The translations under genes and the position numbers were made by a program. A stretch of DNA of 64,000 nucleotides from Candidatus Latescibacterota bacterium (lineage in GTDB: Bacteria > Latescibacterota > UBA2968 > UBA8231): positions 4,672,001 through 4,736,000 of the forward strand of contig OZ220089.1 of assembly GCA_964291625.2 (NCBI GenBank), given 5' to 3'. Numbering within the stretch: the first letter of the stretch is position 1; each line of letters begins with the position of its first letter. The notes beneath the pieces were generated by a model. That model saw nothing but the letters and a program-made list of their open reading frames with translations, searched no databases and had not been told where the DNA came from. Below are positions 47,180 to 58,403 of this stretch, piece by piece.

Positions 47180-47719
47180 ATGGAGGAACACTACCGGCGA
47201 TTGATCGAGGCGGTGGGGGAGGACCCGGACCGCCAGGGACTCGCCGGCACCCCCCGGAGGGCCGCCCGGGCCCTCGAGTTCATGACCAGTGGGTACGGAG
47301 GGAGTCCGGCCGAGGTCGTCGGCTCGGCGGTGTTCGCGAGCCCCCGGGACGACATGGTCATCATCCGCGACATCGAGGTCTACTCCCTCTGCGAGCATCA
47401 CCTGCTGCCCTTCTTCGGTCGCTGTCACGTGGGGTATCTGCCCAAGGGGAGGATCATCGGCGTCTCCAAGGTGGCGCGCCTCGTCGACCTCTTCGCCCGC
47501 CGCCTGCAGATCCAGGAGAACCTGACGGCCCAGATCGCCGAGTCGCTCATGGACCTCGTCGAGCCCCGCGGAGCCGGCGTCGTCATCGAGGCCAGCCACC
47601 TGTGCATGATGATGCGCGGCGTGGAGAAGCAGAACTCGCGCATGACGACCTCCTGCATGCTCGGCGCCTTCCGCGGCAACAGCGAGACCCGGGCGGAGTT
47701 CCTCCGGTTGATCGACTAG
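47180..47719 (+). CDS. folE: GTP cyclohydrolase I
   Basis: [42 protein letters not shown]. Confidence 0.96.
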   Translation: MEEHYRRLIEAVGEDPDRQGLAGTPRRAARALEFMTSGYGGSPAEVVGSAVFASPRDDMVIIRDIEVYSLCEHHLLPFFGRCHVGYLPKGRIIGVSKVARLVDLFARRLQIQENLTAQIAESLMDLVEPRGAGVVIEASHLCMMMRGVEKQNSRMTTSCMLGAFRGNSETRAEFLRLID

Positions 47720-47774
47720 CGGCCGTGGGCTTGCCGCGCGGCCACCGCCGGCCGGCCGTCACGGCCGCCCTCCC

Positions 47775-50700
47775 ATGAGCGGGCCTCTCCCTTCGCGGCG
47801 GTGGCGCCGGGGAGGCCGAGCCGCCCTTGCCGCCGCCGCCCTGGCGGCGGCCGCCCTGCCGTCCCTGCTGCCCGCCGCCTCGGCGCCGGCGCCGCAGCTC
47901 ACCCCCGGCGAGGTGCTGGTCCGCTGGCGCGCCGCCGCGGCGCGGCCTCTCGGACCGGGGCCGGCGGCGCAGCTCGACTCCCTCCACGAGGCCCTGGGCC
48001 TGCGCTCGCAGACGCCGCTCCTGCCCATGCCCGCCGCCGTGGGCCGCCGGGCCGCCGCGGCGCCGGCCGAGGCCGCCCTCGCCCGCTGGTCGGTGCTGCG
48101 TTTCGACGGCGGCCGGCCCGCGGCCGAGCTCGCCGAGCGCTACGGCCGGGTCTCCGCCGTCGAGGCGGCGCAGCCCAACTACCTGCGGAAGACCGCCGAC
48201 TTCGGCACCGACGACCCCCTCCTCCACGAGCAGTGGGGGCTGGAGGCGATCGGCTGGCGCGCCGGCGATCCGGGCTCGGCCGAGGGGGTGCTGATCGCCG
48301 TCGTCGACTCGGGGATCGACGCCGGCCATCCCGACCTGCGGGACCGGATCTGGCGCAACCCCGCCGAGGTCCTGGGCGAGGCGGGTGTCGACGACGACGG
48401 CAACGGCTACGTCGACGACGTGGGCGGCTGGGACTTCACCGACGCCCCGGGGCTTCCGGGCTCCGGCGACTACCTCGAGCGCGACGCCGACCCGGCCGAC
48501 GACTCCGGGCACGGAACCCACGTGGCCGGGGTCGCCGCCGCCGCCGCCGGCAACGGCGAGGGCATCGCCGGGGTGGCTCCCGGGGTCCGGGTGATGCCCT
48601 TGAGGGCGGGACTGGTCATCGGCGAGGCCGGGTACCTGCAGGACGACGACATCGCCGCCGCCATCGTCTACGCGGTGCGCAACGGGGCCGACGTGCTCAA
48701 CCTGAGCTTCGGAGATCCGGCCTACTCGCCGCTGATCGACGACGCCGTCCGCTTCGCCCTCGGGCGGGGGGTGGTGGTGGTAGCCGCCGCCGGCAACGAG
48801 GCCTCCTCCGAGGTCTTCTATCCGGCGCGTCTGCCGGGCACGATCGCCGTCGCCGCCGTCGGCCGCGGCGGCGCCGCCGCGGCGTTCTCCAACTTCGGTG
48901 CGAGCATCGATCTGGCGGCGCCGGGGGTCGCCATCCACAGCACCGGTCCGGGGGGCGGCTACAGCTCCCTGTCGGGCACCTCCCTGGCCGCTCCCCACGT
49001 GGCGGGCGCCGCCGCCCTCGTCCTCGCCCGCCACCCCGGGTACACGCCGCTGCAGGTCCTCGGCGTCCTCGCGGCGGCCGCCCGCGACGCGGGCTCGGCG
49101 CCCGGGTGGGACGCGGCCACCGGCCACGGCCTGCTGCAGATCCCCCCGGCCGTCACCGACCCCCCCCTGGCCGTCGCCTTCCGGGCGCCGTCGCCCCCGC
49201 GGCCGGTCGGCCATCCCGCCGCCGCGGTGGAGCTGGAGGTGGCCGGCGCCCCGGGCCTGGAGCTGCTCGTGGAATGGGGGTCCGGCGAGGATCCGGATCG
49301 CTGGCACCCCGTGGACGCCCGCATCTGGGAGGGCCCCCACGACTCGGACGTGCGCTGGTCGACGGCCGACCTGGCCCCGGGGAGCTATACCCTGCGGGCC
49401 ACGGTGCGGGAGGGGCCGCGGCAGCACTCCCGGCGGCTGGCGGTGCGCCTGGCGGCGCGGGGAGCCCGGGTCCTGCGCTGGTCCCTGGTGCGAGCCCTCC
49501 AGGGCCCCCGGTGGCGCGACCTGGTCTCCTGGAGCACCGATCGACCGTCGGCGGGTGCCCTCGACCTGCTCTCGGCCGGGGAACGGGTCCTGCGGCTCCT
49601 GGCCCCGCCCGGCCGCCTCGATCAGACCCTCACCCTGCCTGCCGACCTGCCCCCCGGCGCCTACGAGATGCGGATCTCCACCGACGGCCAGGGGGTGCAG
49701 GCCGGCGACAGCCTGATCGTGCGGCCGGGAGCGGTGGACCGCTCCAACCCGCGCTCCGGCCCCGACCTTCCGGCAGGCTACCTGATGCCCGGGCTCACCG
49801 ACTTCGACGGCGACGGCCGCCGCGAGGTGGTGGCCATGGTCCACGCCGGGGACGGGAGCTATGCCCCCACCGCCTTCTTCGAGGGGGGCGATCCGGCGCC
49901 CGCGCACTCGACGGCGAGCCGGTTCATCCCCTGGGGCCGGCACGACCTCGACGGCGACGGTCTCCTGGAGCTCATGGCGGTCGACGCCCGCCGGGTCCGC
50001 CTCTTCGAGCAGCGGGCGCCCGGCCAGTACCCCGGGCGCAGGGCCTGGGCCGTCCGCGAGGTCTGGGGCGGGGAGGTCCTCGACGCCGACGCCGACGGCC
50101 GCCCGGAGATGTTCCTGCGCTCGGCCACGGCCGAGCTGTTCCGGGTCTTCGAGGGCCGCGGCGACGACGACTACGCCGAGACCGCGGCCCTGGTCAACGA
50201 CACCCCGGGGGGGAACGAGTTCGGCCCGCGGCAGGTGGCGGCCGACCTCGATGGCGACGGACGCGGGGAGCTGCTGGCCGGGGACAGCGACGGAGATCTG
50301 CTGGTCTTCGAGGCCGGGGCCGACGACGCCTACCGCCGAACCTGGCGTTTCCTGGAGCAGGAGGAGTCGGTCGACGGCCGGCTGGTGGGCGGCGGCGCCG
50401 ACCTCGACGGGGACGGGGAGGCGGAGTTCGTCGTCGGCCGACTGCGCCGCGATCCCTTCGACGTCGAGGGCCGCCGCTGGCGGCTGTCGGTGTACGGGGC
50501 CGCCGGCGACGACGACTACCGGAAGGAGTGGGAAGGGGAGGTGCTGGCCGCGTCCTCCCAGGGAGCGGGCATCGCCGTGGCCGACCTCGACGGCGACGGG
50601 CAGGTGGAGTGGATCGCCGTCCTGGTGCCCCACCTGTACGTGTTCCGGGCCGCCGGCGACGGCGGCTTCGAGGTGGTGTGGCACGCCGAGGCGGGGGAGA

Positions 50701-51926
50701 CCTGGAGGCCGGCTGCGGGAGATGCCGACGGCGACGGCGGCAGCGAGCTGTACTTCAACGCCCTGGACGGGGCGATCCGCCGCCTCTCGTGGACAGCGGG
50801 GCTCCGGCGGCTCGGGGCGCCGCCGGGGTGGCAGGTCCTGGCCCTGGGGCGGGACCGCGTGGAGCTGATGTGGGAGGAGGTCCCCGGGGCCGCCCGCTAC
50901 GAGGCGACCCGGGACGACTCCGTCGTGGCCAGGGTGGAAGCCGGGCCCCGGCGCTTCGCCCACGTCGATTCGGGACTGGCCCCCGGCCGGGCCCATGCGT
51001 ACCAGATCGCCGCCATCGACTCGGCGGGACTCCGCGGCGAGAGCTCCCGGGTGCTGATGGCGGAACCTCGCCCGGGTCCGGTCATCGTCGATCTCCTGCA
51101 CACCGCCCCCCGCCAGCTGGAGGTCCGGTTCGACCAGGCCATGGCTCCGGAGGCGGCCCAGGCCCACCGCTGGCGGCTGATCCCCGAGGCCGCCCGGCCG
51201 CGGGAGGGTCTGCTCGACCAGGGCGCCAGGCGGCTCATCCTCTTCCTCGACCGGGCCCTGCCCGACAGCGGCACGGTGCGCCTCGAAGCTGCGGGGGTGC
51301 GTTCGGCGCGGGGTGGGCTCGTGGGTCTCCGGGGGCCGCCGACGGCCTCCCTGCGTCTGGCCCCGGTGGACCCCGCGGCGCGGCTGGTGGAGGCGGTCCT
51401 GGCGGGTCCGGCGACGATCCGCCTGCGCTTCGACAGCCCCCTCTCGGCGCCGGGTGAGGCCCGGGCCGTGGTCGACGGCCGTCTCCCGGTCGAGAGGATC
51501 GAGCCGGGGGAGGACGACCGCACGGTGCGGCTGGTCCTGCCCGAGGGGACGCGCCTGCCGGCGCGGGGCCGCGCCTGGGAGGTCGAGGTGTGGGGGCTGC
51601 GGGACGGTCTCGGGCGGCCGTTGCGGGTGCGGACCCTGGTGCGGGTCGCGGTCGACCGCCTCGAGGAGGTCCGGGCCTACCCCAACCCCTTCGATCCCGC
51701 CGCCGGCGAGCTGACCCTCGCGGGCCTGCCCCGGGAGTCGGAGGTGCAGGTCTTCACCTTCGCGGGGGAGCTCGTCTGGGAGGGCCGGGAGGAGGACGGC
51801 GACGGCGGGCTCGACTGGAGCGGCCTCAACCCTTCCGGAGCCAGGGTCGCCGCCGGAATCTACCTCGTGCGCGTGGAGCACGAGGACCGCGTGCGGCGCC
51901 TGAAGATCGCCGTCGTGCCCCGCTGA
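47775..51926 (+). CDS. Secreted S8 subtilase with FG-GAP/VCBS repeats, FN3/Ig-like modules and a C-terminal FlgD/T9SS-like domain
   Basis: Triad VVDSG, HGTHVAG, GTSLAAPHVAG; repeated D(L/F/A)DGDG motifs; C-terminal AYPNPF...AGELVW...AAGIYLVRV. Confidence 0.92.
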   Translation: MSGPLPSRRWRRGGRAALAAAALAAAALPSLLPAASAPAPQLTPGEVLVRWRAAAARPLGPGPAAQLDSLHEALGLRSQTPLLPMPAAVGRRAAAAPAEAALARWSVLRFDGGRPAAELAERYGRVSAVEAAQPNYLRKTADFGTDDPLLHEQWGLEAIGWRAGDPGSAEGVLIAVVDSGIDAGHPDLRDRIWRNPAEVLGEAGVDDDGNGYVDDVGGWDFTDAPGLPGSGDYLERDADPADDSGHGTHVAGVAAAAAGNGEGIAGVAPGVRVMPLRAGLVIGEAGYLQDDDIAAAIVYAVRNGADVLNLSFGDPAYSPLIDDAVRFALGRGVVVVAAAGNEASSEVFYPARLPGTIAVAAVGRGGAAAAFSNFGASIDLAAPGVAIHSTGPGGGYSSLSGTSLAAPHVAGAAALVLARHPGYTPLQVLGVLAAAARDAGSAPGWDAATGHGLLQIPPAVTDPPLAVAFRAPSPPRPVGHPAAAVELEVAGAPGLELLVEWGSGEDPDRWHPVDARIWEGPHDSDVRWSTADLAPGSYTLRATVREGPRQHSRRLAVRLAARGARVLRWSLVRALQGPRWRDLVSWSTDRPSAGALDLLSAGERVLRLLAPPGRLDQTLTLPADLPPGAYEMRISTDGQGVQAGDSLIVRPGAVDRSNPRSGPDLPAGYLMPGLTDFDGDGRREVVAMVHAGDGSYAPTAFFEGGDPAPAHSTASRFIPWGRHDLDGDGLLELMAVDARRVRLFEQRAPGQYPGRRAWAVREVWGGEVLDADADGRPEMFLRSATAELFRVFEGRGDDDYAETAALVNDTPGGNEFGPRQVAADLDGDGRGELLAGDSDGDLLVFEAGADDAYRRTWRFLEQEESVDGRLVGGGADLDGDGEAEFVVGRLRRDPFDVEGRRWRLSVYGAAGDDDYRKEWEGEVLAASSQGAGIAVADLDGDGQVEWIAVLVPHLYVFRAAGDGGFEVVWHAEAGETWRPAAGDADGDGGSELYFNALDGAIRRLSWTAGLRRLGAPPGWQVLALGRDRVELMWEEVPGAARYEATRDDSVVARVEAGPRRFAHVDSGLAPGRAHAYQIAAIDSAGLRGESSRVLMAEPRPGPVIVDLLHTAPRQLEVRFDQAMAPEAAQAHRWRLIPEAARPREGLLDQGARRLILFLDRALPDSGTVRLEAAGVRSARGGLVGLRGPPTASLRLAPVDPAARLVEAVLAGPATIRLRFDSPLSAPGEARAVVDGRLPVERIEPGEDDRTVRLVLPEGTRLPARGRAWEVEVWGLRDGLGRPLRVRTLVRVAVDRLEEVRAYPNPFDPAAGELTLAGLPRESEVQVFTFAGELVWEGREEDGDGGLDWSGLNPSGARVAAGIYLVRVEHEDRVRRLKIAVVPR

Positions 51927-51967
51927 CGCCGATGTCCTATCGTAGCCGCCCCAACGGGAGAGACTCC

Positions 51968-52978
51968 ATGGTACGCATCGGCATCGTCGGCATCGGTTTC
52001 ATGGGCACCACCCACTACAAGGCGATCGCCCGGGTGAAGGGGGCGAAGGTGACCGCCATCTGCACGCGGGACCCCAAAAAGCTGAAGGGCGACTGGCGCG
52101 GCGTGCAGGGGAACTTCGGCGACGACGGCGGCGTGCACGACCTGCGGGGGGTGGCGGCGTACGAGCGCATCGAGGACCTGCTCGCGGACGACCGCGTCGA
52201 CCTGGTGGACATCTGCCTGCCCACGACCCTGCACTACGACTGGACCCTGGCGGCCCTGGCGGCGGGCAAGCACGTCTTCCTCGAGAAGCCGATCGCCCTC
52301 GACCTGCGGCGGGCGGACCGCATGGTGGCGGAGGCTCGGAAGCGCGGCCTGCGGCTGATGGTGGCGCACGTCCTGCGGTTCTTCCCGGAGTTCCGGCTGG
52401 TCAAGGCGCTGATGGACGGAGGGGAGCACGGCCGCGTGCTGGCGGCGGACTTCAAGCGCGTCATCTCCATGCCGGCGTGGTGGGACCCGAAGGACCTGGA
52501 CCGCACCGGCGGCCCGGCCATCGACCTGCACATCCACGACGCCGACTTCGTGCAGTTCCTCTTCGGCATGCCCGAGGCGGTGACCTCGGCGGGGGTGATC
52601 CGCAAGGGCGGCGTGGTGGAGCACATCGACACCCACTACCACTTCGAGGGCGGGCCCCAGGTGACCGCCAGCGGCGGCTGGCTCTCCCAGCAGGGCTGCC
52701 CCTTCGAGCACGGCTACGACGTGTTCTTCGAGCGGGCCACCCTCAAGTACAACAGCTCGTGGGGTCAGCCGCCGGCGCTGCTCACCGCCGACGGCAGGAG
52801 CCGCCGGCCGCGGCTGCCGCGCAGGGACGGCTTCGTCGGCGAGCTGCAGGAGGCGGTGCGGGCCGTCGCCGCCGGCGAGGACTCCGGGGAGCTGTCGGGG
52901 GTGAGCGCCCGCGACAGCCTGCGCCTGTGTCTCAAGGAGATCGAGTCGGTCAAGCGCGGGCGCCGCGTGCGCGTGTAA
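51968..52978 (+). CDS. Gfo/Idh/MocA family oxidoreductase
   Basis: GIVGIGFMG, CLPTTLH, GKHVFLEKP, GGPAIDLHIHDAD. Confidence 0.92.
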   Translation: MVRIGIVGIGFMGTTHYKAIARVKGAKVTAICTRDPKKLKGDWRGVQGNFGDDGGVHDLRGVAAYERIEDLLADDRVDLVDICLPTTLHYDWTLAALAAGKHVFLEKPIALDLRRADRMVAEARKRGLRLMVAHVLRFFPEFRLVKALMDGGEHGRVLAADFKRVISMPAWWDPKDLDRTGGPAIDLHIHDADFVQFLFGMPEAVTSAGVIRKGGVVEHIDTHYHFEGGPQVTASGGWLSQQGCPFEHGYDVFFERATLKYNSSWGQPPALLTADGRSRRPRLPRRDGFVGELQEAVRAVAAGEDSGELSGVSARDSLRLCLKEIESVKRGRRVRV

Positions 52979-53014
52979 GACCTCCCGCCCGGCGGGGCCT
53001 GCCGGGACTCGCTC

Positions 53015-54142
53015 TCAGGCCGACAGCAGGGCCCGCAGGCGTTCGGCGATGATCTCGGCCTCGCCCGCCTGCAGCGTCTGGGGCGCCACGGATATCGAGT
53101 CCTCCGAGCCGCCCACGAGGATCGCCGGCTCTCCCTGCTCGAGGGCGGCGGCCACCTCCCGGCTGGCGGCCGGCGCGTGGCCGGCGAAGCGCAGGCGCAC
53201 GATGGGGCTGGCCGGCGGAAAGCGGTTGGCGAAGGGGGGATCGCACTCGGCGGTGATCCCGTCGATCCCCTCGGCCGCCGCCGCCACCACCCGGCAGCGG
53301 CGCTCCCACTCGGCGATCACACCCTCCTCATCGGCCTCCAGGAAGAGTTCCACCGCCCGCAGCAGGCCCACCACCTCCTCCTTGCCGACCTTCATCCCCC
53401 GTCCCACCCCCGAGTGCGGATTGCTGTTCATGGAGGCCGCCTTCACGAGGTCGGCGCGGCCGAGGATCAGCCCGCTCGACTGCGGCCCGAAGAGGCCCTT
53501 GCCGCCGCTGTAGACGGCCAGGTCGGCGCCGATCTCCGTGGTCAGATCGGTCAGGTTCGAGCGCGGCGGCAGCTGCGCCGCGGCGTCGACGATGACCGGA
53601 ACGCCGCGCCGCCGGGCGATGGGGACGATCTCGCGCAGCTGCTCCAGGGGCTGGCTCCCGAGGAAGAACACGACGGCGGCGGTGCGCTCGTCGAGGGCGG
53701 CCTCGTAGTCGGCCGCCGAGACCGACTCCCGGGACCCGACCCGGATCAGCTCGCCGCCGCAGACCCGGAACCCCTGGTGAACGTAGAAGTGGCTGTCCAC
53801 GAGGCTGATGACGAAGCGGTTCGGGCGGCCGCCGGTGTCGGGCAGGGATGCGATCGCCCCGGGGTCGGTGCCGGTGAGACAGGCGGCGCCGGCCAGCAGC
53901 ATGCCGCTGGCGGCGCCGGCGCAGACGAAGGCGGCCTCGGTCCCGGTGAGGCCGGCGATGCGCTCGCCCACCCGGTCGTGCAGCTCCTCCAGGCGGACGA
54001 AGCTCAGGGAGGCCTCGGCCATGGCGGCCACGACCTCGGGCGGCATGATCGACCCGCCGAGGGTGGTGATCGTGCCGCGGGCGTTGATGAAGGTGCGCAG
54101 GCCCAGGCGGGAGTAGATGGAGACGGGGGGGGTGCCGGTCAT
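53015..54142 (-). CDS. SelA-like PLP-dependent enzyme (DgaE-like)
   Basis: INARGTITTLGGS, VIVDAAA, YSGGKGLFGPQSSG, GRGMKVGKEE; lacks the SelA N-terminal tRNA-binding domain. Confidence 0.85.
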   Translation of the reverse strand: MTGTPPVSIYSRLGLRTFINARGTITTLGGSIMPPEVVAAMAEASLSFVRLEELHDRVGERIAGLTGTEAAFVCAGAASGMLLAGAACLTGTDPGAIASLPDTGGRPNRFVISLVDSHFYVHQGFRVCGGELIRVGSRESVSAADYEAALDERTAAVVFFLGSQPLEQLREIVPIARRRGVPVIVDAAAQLPPRSNLTDLTTEIGADLAVYSGGKGLFGPQSSGLILGRADLVKAASMNSNPHSGVGRGMKVGKEEVVGLLRAVELFLEADEEGVIAEWERRCRVVAAAAEGIDGITAECDPPFANRFPPASPIVRLRFAGHAPAASREVAAALEQGEPAILVGGSEDSISVAPQTLQAGEAEIIAERLRALLSA

Positions 54143-54224
54143 GTCGGTCCGATCCTGTCGCGGGTGGGTGGGTTGTGCCGCGGCAGAACGGTATGCGGGC
54201 CGGGGCCGCGCTCAAGGGCGGGCC

Positions 54225-54263
54225 AAAGAGAAAGGGCGGGAACCTCTCGGCACCCGCCCTCTC
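54225..54263 (-). terminator. Rho-independent terminator of groESL
   Basis: Minus strand stem AGGGCGGG/CCCGCCCT (54260-54253, 54240-54233) followed by TTCTCTTT. Confidence 0.7.
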
Positions 54264-54314
54264 CGCCTTCGTCTGCCGTGAACCGGCGGCGGCGCGTGGC
54301 CGCCCCGGATGCGT

Positions 54315-56254
<1,940 letters not shown>

Positions 56255-56329
56255 GATGCGCTCCTTGTTTGGAGAGAGGGAGGCCGGAATCGACCTCCCG
56301 GGGAATGGGACATCAGCGCCGGGACAACA

Positions 56330-56346
56330 TGCAAGAGCTGTGCCAA
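56330..56346 (-). promoter_or_regulatory. sigma54 (-24/-12) promoter of groESL
   Basis: Minus strand TTGGCACAGCTCTTGCA matches TGGCAC-N5-TTGCW, about 75 nt upstream of groS. Confidence 0.75.
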
Positions 56347-56665
56347 TACAGGGTATCCTCCTCCATGAATTGGCAATTCGTTGTAGAACAGAGAGTTATG
56401 TACACGGCCTCACTATTCAGGTAAATCATGCATATTGTCCATTTTGAGAGAGGGAGAGCCGCATCCTTTCCTCAGGACACATCCTAACCCCATGCCGGAA
56501 AGCAAGATAATGATCATTCCCGATTTGACAACGAGGATCGAGCGGATATTTGCCATATCGAGAACAGACCACCTCCAGGGAAGTCCGCAGGACTCCTTCC
56601 CGGGCCGTCCGGCGCCGGGATCGGCCGGGACCGGCTCCTCCCGGCCCCCGCCCGGAGCTGACCCC

Positions 56666-57451
56666 ATGGGCCGCGACTACCGCGACGCCGTGGTGGTGGT
56701 CACCGGAGCCGGCGGCGGCATCGGCCGCGCCCTCTCCGTGGCCCTGACCTCGAAGGGGGCCCGCCTGGCGCTGGTTGGGCGCCGCCCCGGCCCCCTGGAG
56801 GAGACGGCGGGCCTGGCCGGCGCGCAGCCGCTGGTCCTGCCCTGCGACGTATCCGACGCCGGGGCGGTGGCCGGACTCTGCGAGCGCGTCGAGGCCGAGC
56901 TGGGGGAGATCGAGGTGCTGGTGAACAACGCCGGCCGGGGGGCGTACGGCCCCTTCGAGGAGGTCCCCCTCGCCGATCACCGGGCCGTGGTCGAGACCAA
57001 CCTGATGGGGGTGATCCACACCACCCACCGGGTGCTGCCGTCGATGCTGCGCCGGAAACGGGGTCAGCTGGTCTTCGTCTCCAGCGTCCTCGGCGAGCTG
57101 CCGTCGCCGGACCACGCCGTGTACGGGGCGACGAAGTTCGCCGTCACCGGGCTCGGCGAGAGCCTGGCCCACGAGTTGCGGGGCACGGGGGTCTCGGTCA
57201 CCGTCGTCGAGCCCGGACTCGTGCACTCGGGGTTCCACGAGGTCTCCCGGACCCCCATGAAGCGCTTCGGACAGGTGCCGTCGAAGAGCTCCGAAGAGGC
57301 GGCGGCCGAGGTCCTGGGCGCCATGGAGCGGCAGCGCCGCCTGTACGTGGCCGACCGCTGGGTCGGCCTGGCCATCCGGATGCGCAGGCTCGCGCCGAGG
57401 AGCTTCGGTTGGGTCTTCGGGGTGGTCTGGGGGCGGATGCGGCGGCGGTAG
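56666..57451 (+). CDS. SDR family oxidoreductase
   Basis: TGAGGGIG, NNAG, YGATK. Confidence 0.92.
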   Translation: MGRDYRDAVVVVTGAGGGIGRALSVALTSKGARLALVGRRPGPLEETAGLAGAQPLVLPCDVSDAGAVAGLCERVEAELGEIEVLVNNAGRGAYGPFEEVPLADHRAVVETNLMGVIHTTHRVLPSMLRRKRGQLVFVSSVLGELPSPDHAVYGATKFAVTGLGESLAHELRGTGVSVTVVEPGLVHSGFHEVSRTPMKRFGQVPSKSSEEAAAEVLGAMERQRRLYVADRWVGLAIRMRRLAPRSFGWVFGVVWGRMRRR

Positions 57452-57469
57452 CGGGCGCCCCGCCGGGGG

Positions 57470-58291
57470 TCAGATCGAACGGGGTCCGGCGAAGGGGCGC
57501 TGGCCCGCCACTTCCAGGGCCAGACCGTACACCGAACCGGTCGCCGCCTCGGCGACGAAGAGCCGGTCGTAGTCGAGGCCGCCGAAGGTCATGGCCGCCA
57601 CCTCGGCGCCGGGGATCTCGATCAGGCCCTGGCGGCGGCCCTCCGGATCGATGACGACGATGCCGGCGCCGGGGACGCTCGCGTAGAGCTGCCCGCGGGC
57701 GTCGAAGAGCAGGTCCTCGGCGCCCGGGTCCTCGCCGAACTCGATGAAGACCTGCTGGTTCTGTGGCTGGCCCTCGTCGTCCATCTCCAGGGAGAGGATG
57801 CGCCGGCTCCCCCGCTCCGAGACGTAGAGGACGGCCGCGTCTTCCGAGAGCAACATCCCCGCCGGAGACGACAACCCGCTGATGACCTCGGTCACCTCGC
57901 CGTCGAGATCGGCGCGGTACACCGAGCCGCCGCCGTCCTCGCCGTGCCCCGGGTCGCTGAAGAGAATGTCGCCGGTGGGCTCGAAGCAGAGCTGCCGGGG
58001 GCTGATGAAGCGCCGGCCCCTGCAGCTGTGGGCGTAGATCTCCAGCGCTTCGTCCGGGGAGATGAGGATCAGGTGATGGCGCCCGCTCTCGGCCACGAAG
58101 AGATCGCCCGAGTCGTCGAAGGCGATGCCCAGCGGCCGCGGGCCGGTCTGGGCGAAGAGCTGGGCCTGGCCGTCCACGATGCGGAGGATGCGGTTGGCGG
58201 CGGACTCGGAGACGAAGAGGACGTCGTCGGCGTCGAAGGCGATCCCGTACGGCGACCGCAAATCGCTGACGACGATCTCAGGTTGGGCCAC
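57470..58291 (-). CDS. SMP-30/gluconolactonase family beta-propeller
   Basis: PYGIAFD, PLGIAFD, ILFSDPG, LYVSE, MTFGG.D...LFV. Confidence 0.82.
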   Translation of the reverse strand: MAQPEIVVSDLRSPYGIAFDADDVLFVSESAANRILRIVDGQAQLFAQTGPRPLGIAFDDSGDLFVAESGRHHLILISPDEALEIYAHSCRGRRFISPRQLCFEPTGDILFSDPGHGEDGGGSVYRADLDGEVTEVISGLSSPAGMLLSEDAAVLYVSERGSRRILSLEMDDEGQPQNQQVFIEFGEDPGAEDLLFDARGQLYASVPGAGIVVIDPEGRRQGLIEIPGAEVAAMTFGGLDYDRLFVAEAATGSVYGLALEVAGQRPFAGPRSI

Positions 58292-58403
58292 GGGGTCCTG
58301 GGTGCGGTGTCAGGAGTTTTGAAACGGCGGCCGCCGGGTTCGGGCCGCGGCCGATGCCAGGGGGTGGGCTGCGAAATATAGCGCCCGGCCCCTGCATGGC
58401 AAC

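Noticed and set aside
46023-47719. dpd-type 7-deazaguanine DNA-modification island
   Set aside because: No dpdA/tgt-like or other dpd genes, and composition matches the host
53015-54142. Selenocysteine synthase selA
   Set aside because: Too short, lacks the N-terminal domain, and no selB/selC/selD nearby
56255-56420. CIRCE element or a second + strand sigma54 site (TTGGCAATTCGTTGT)
   Set aside because: No TTAGCACTC-N9-GAGTGCTAA, and the GG-to-GC spacing is wrong for sigma54
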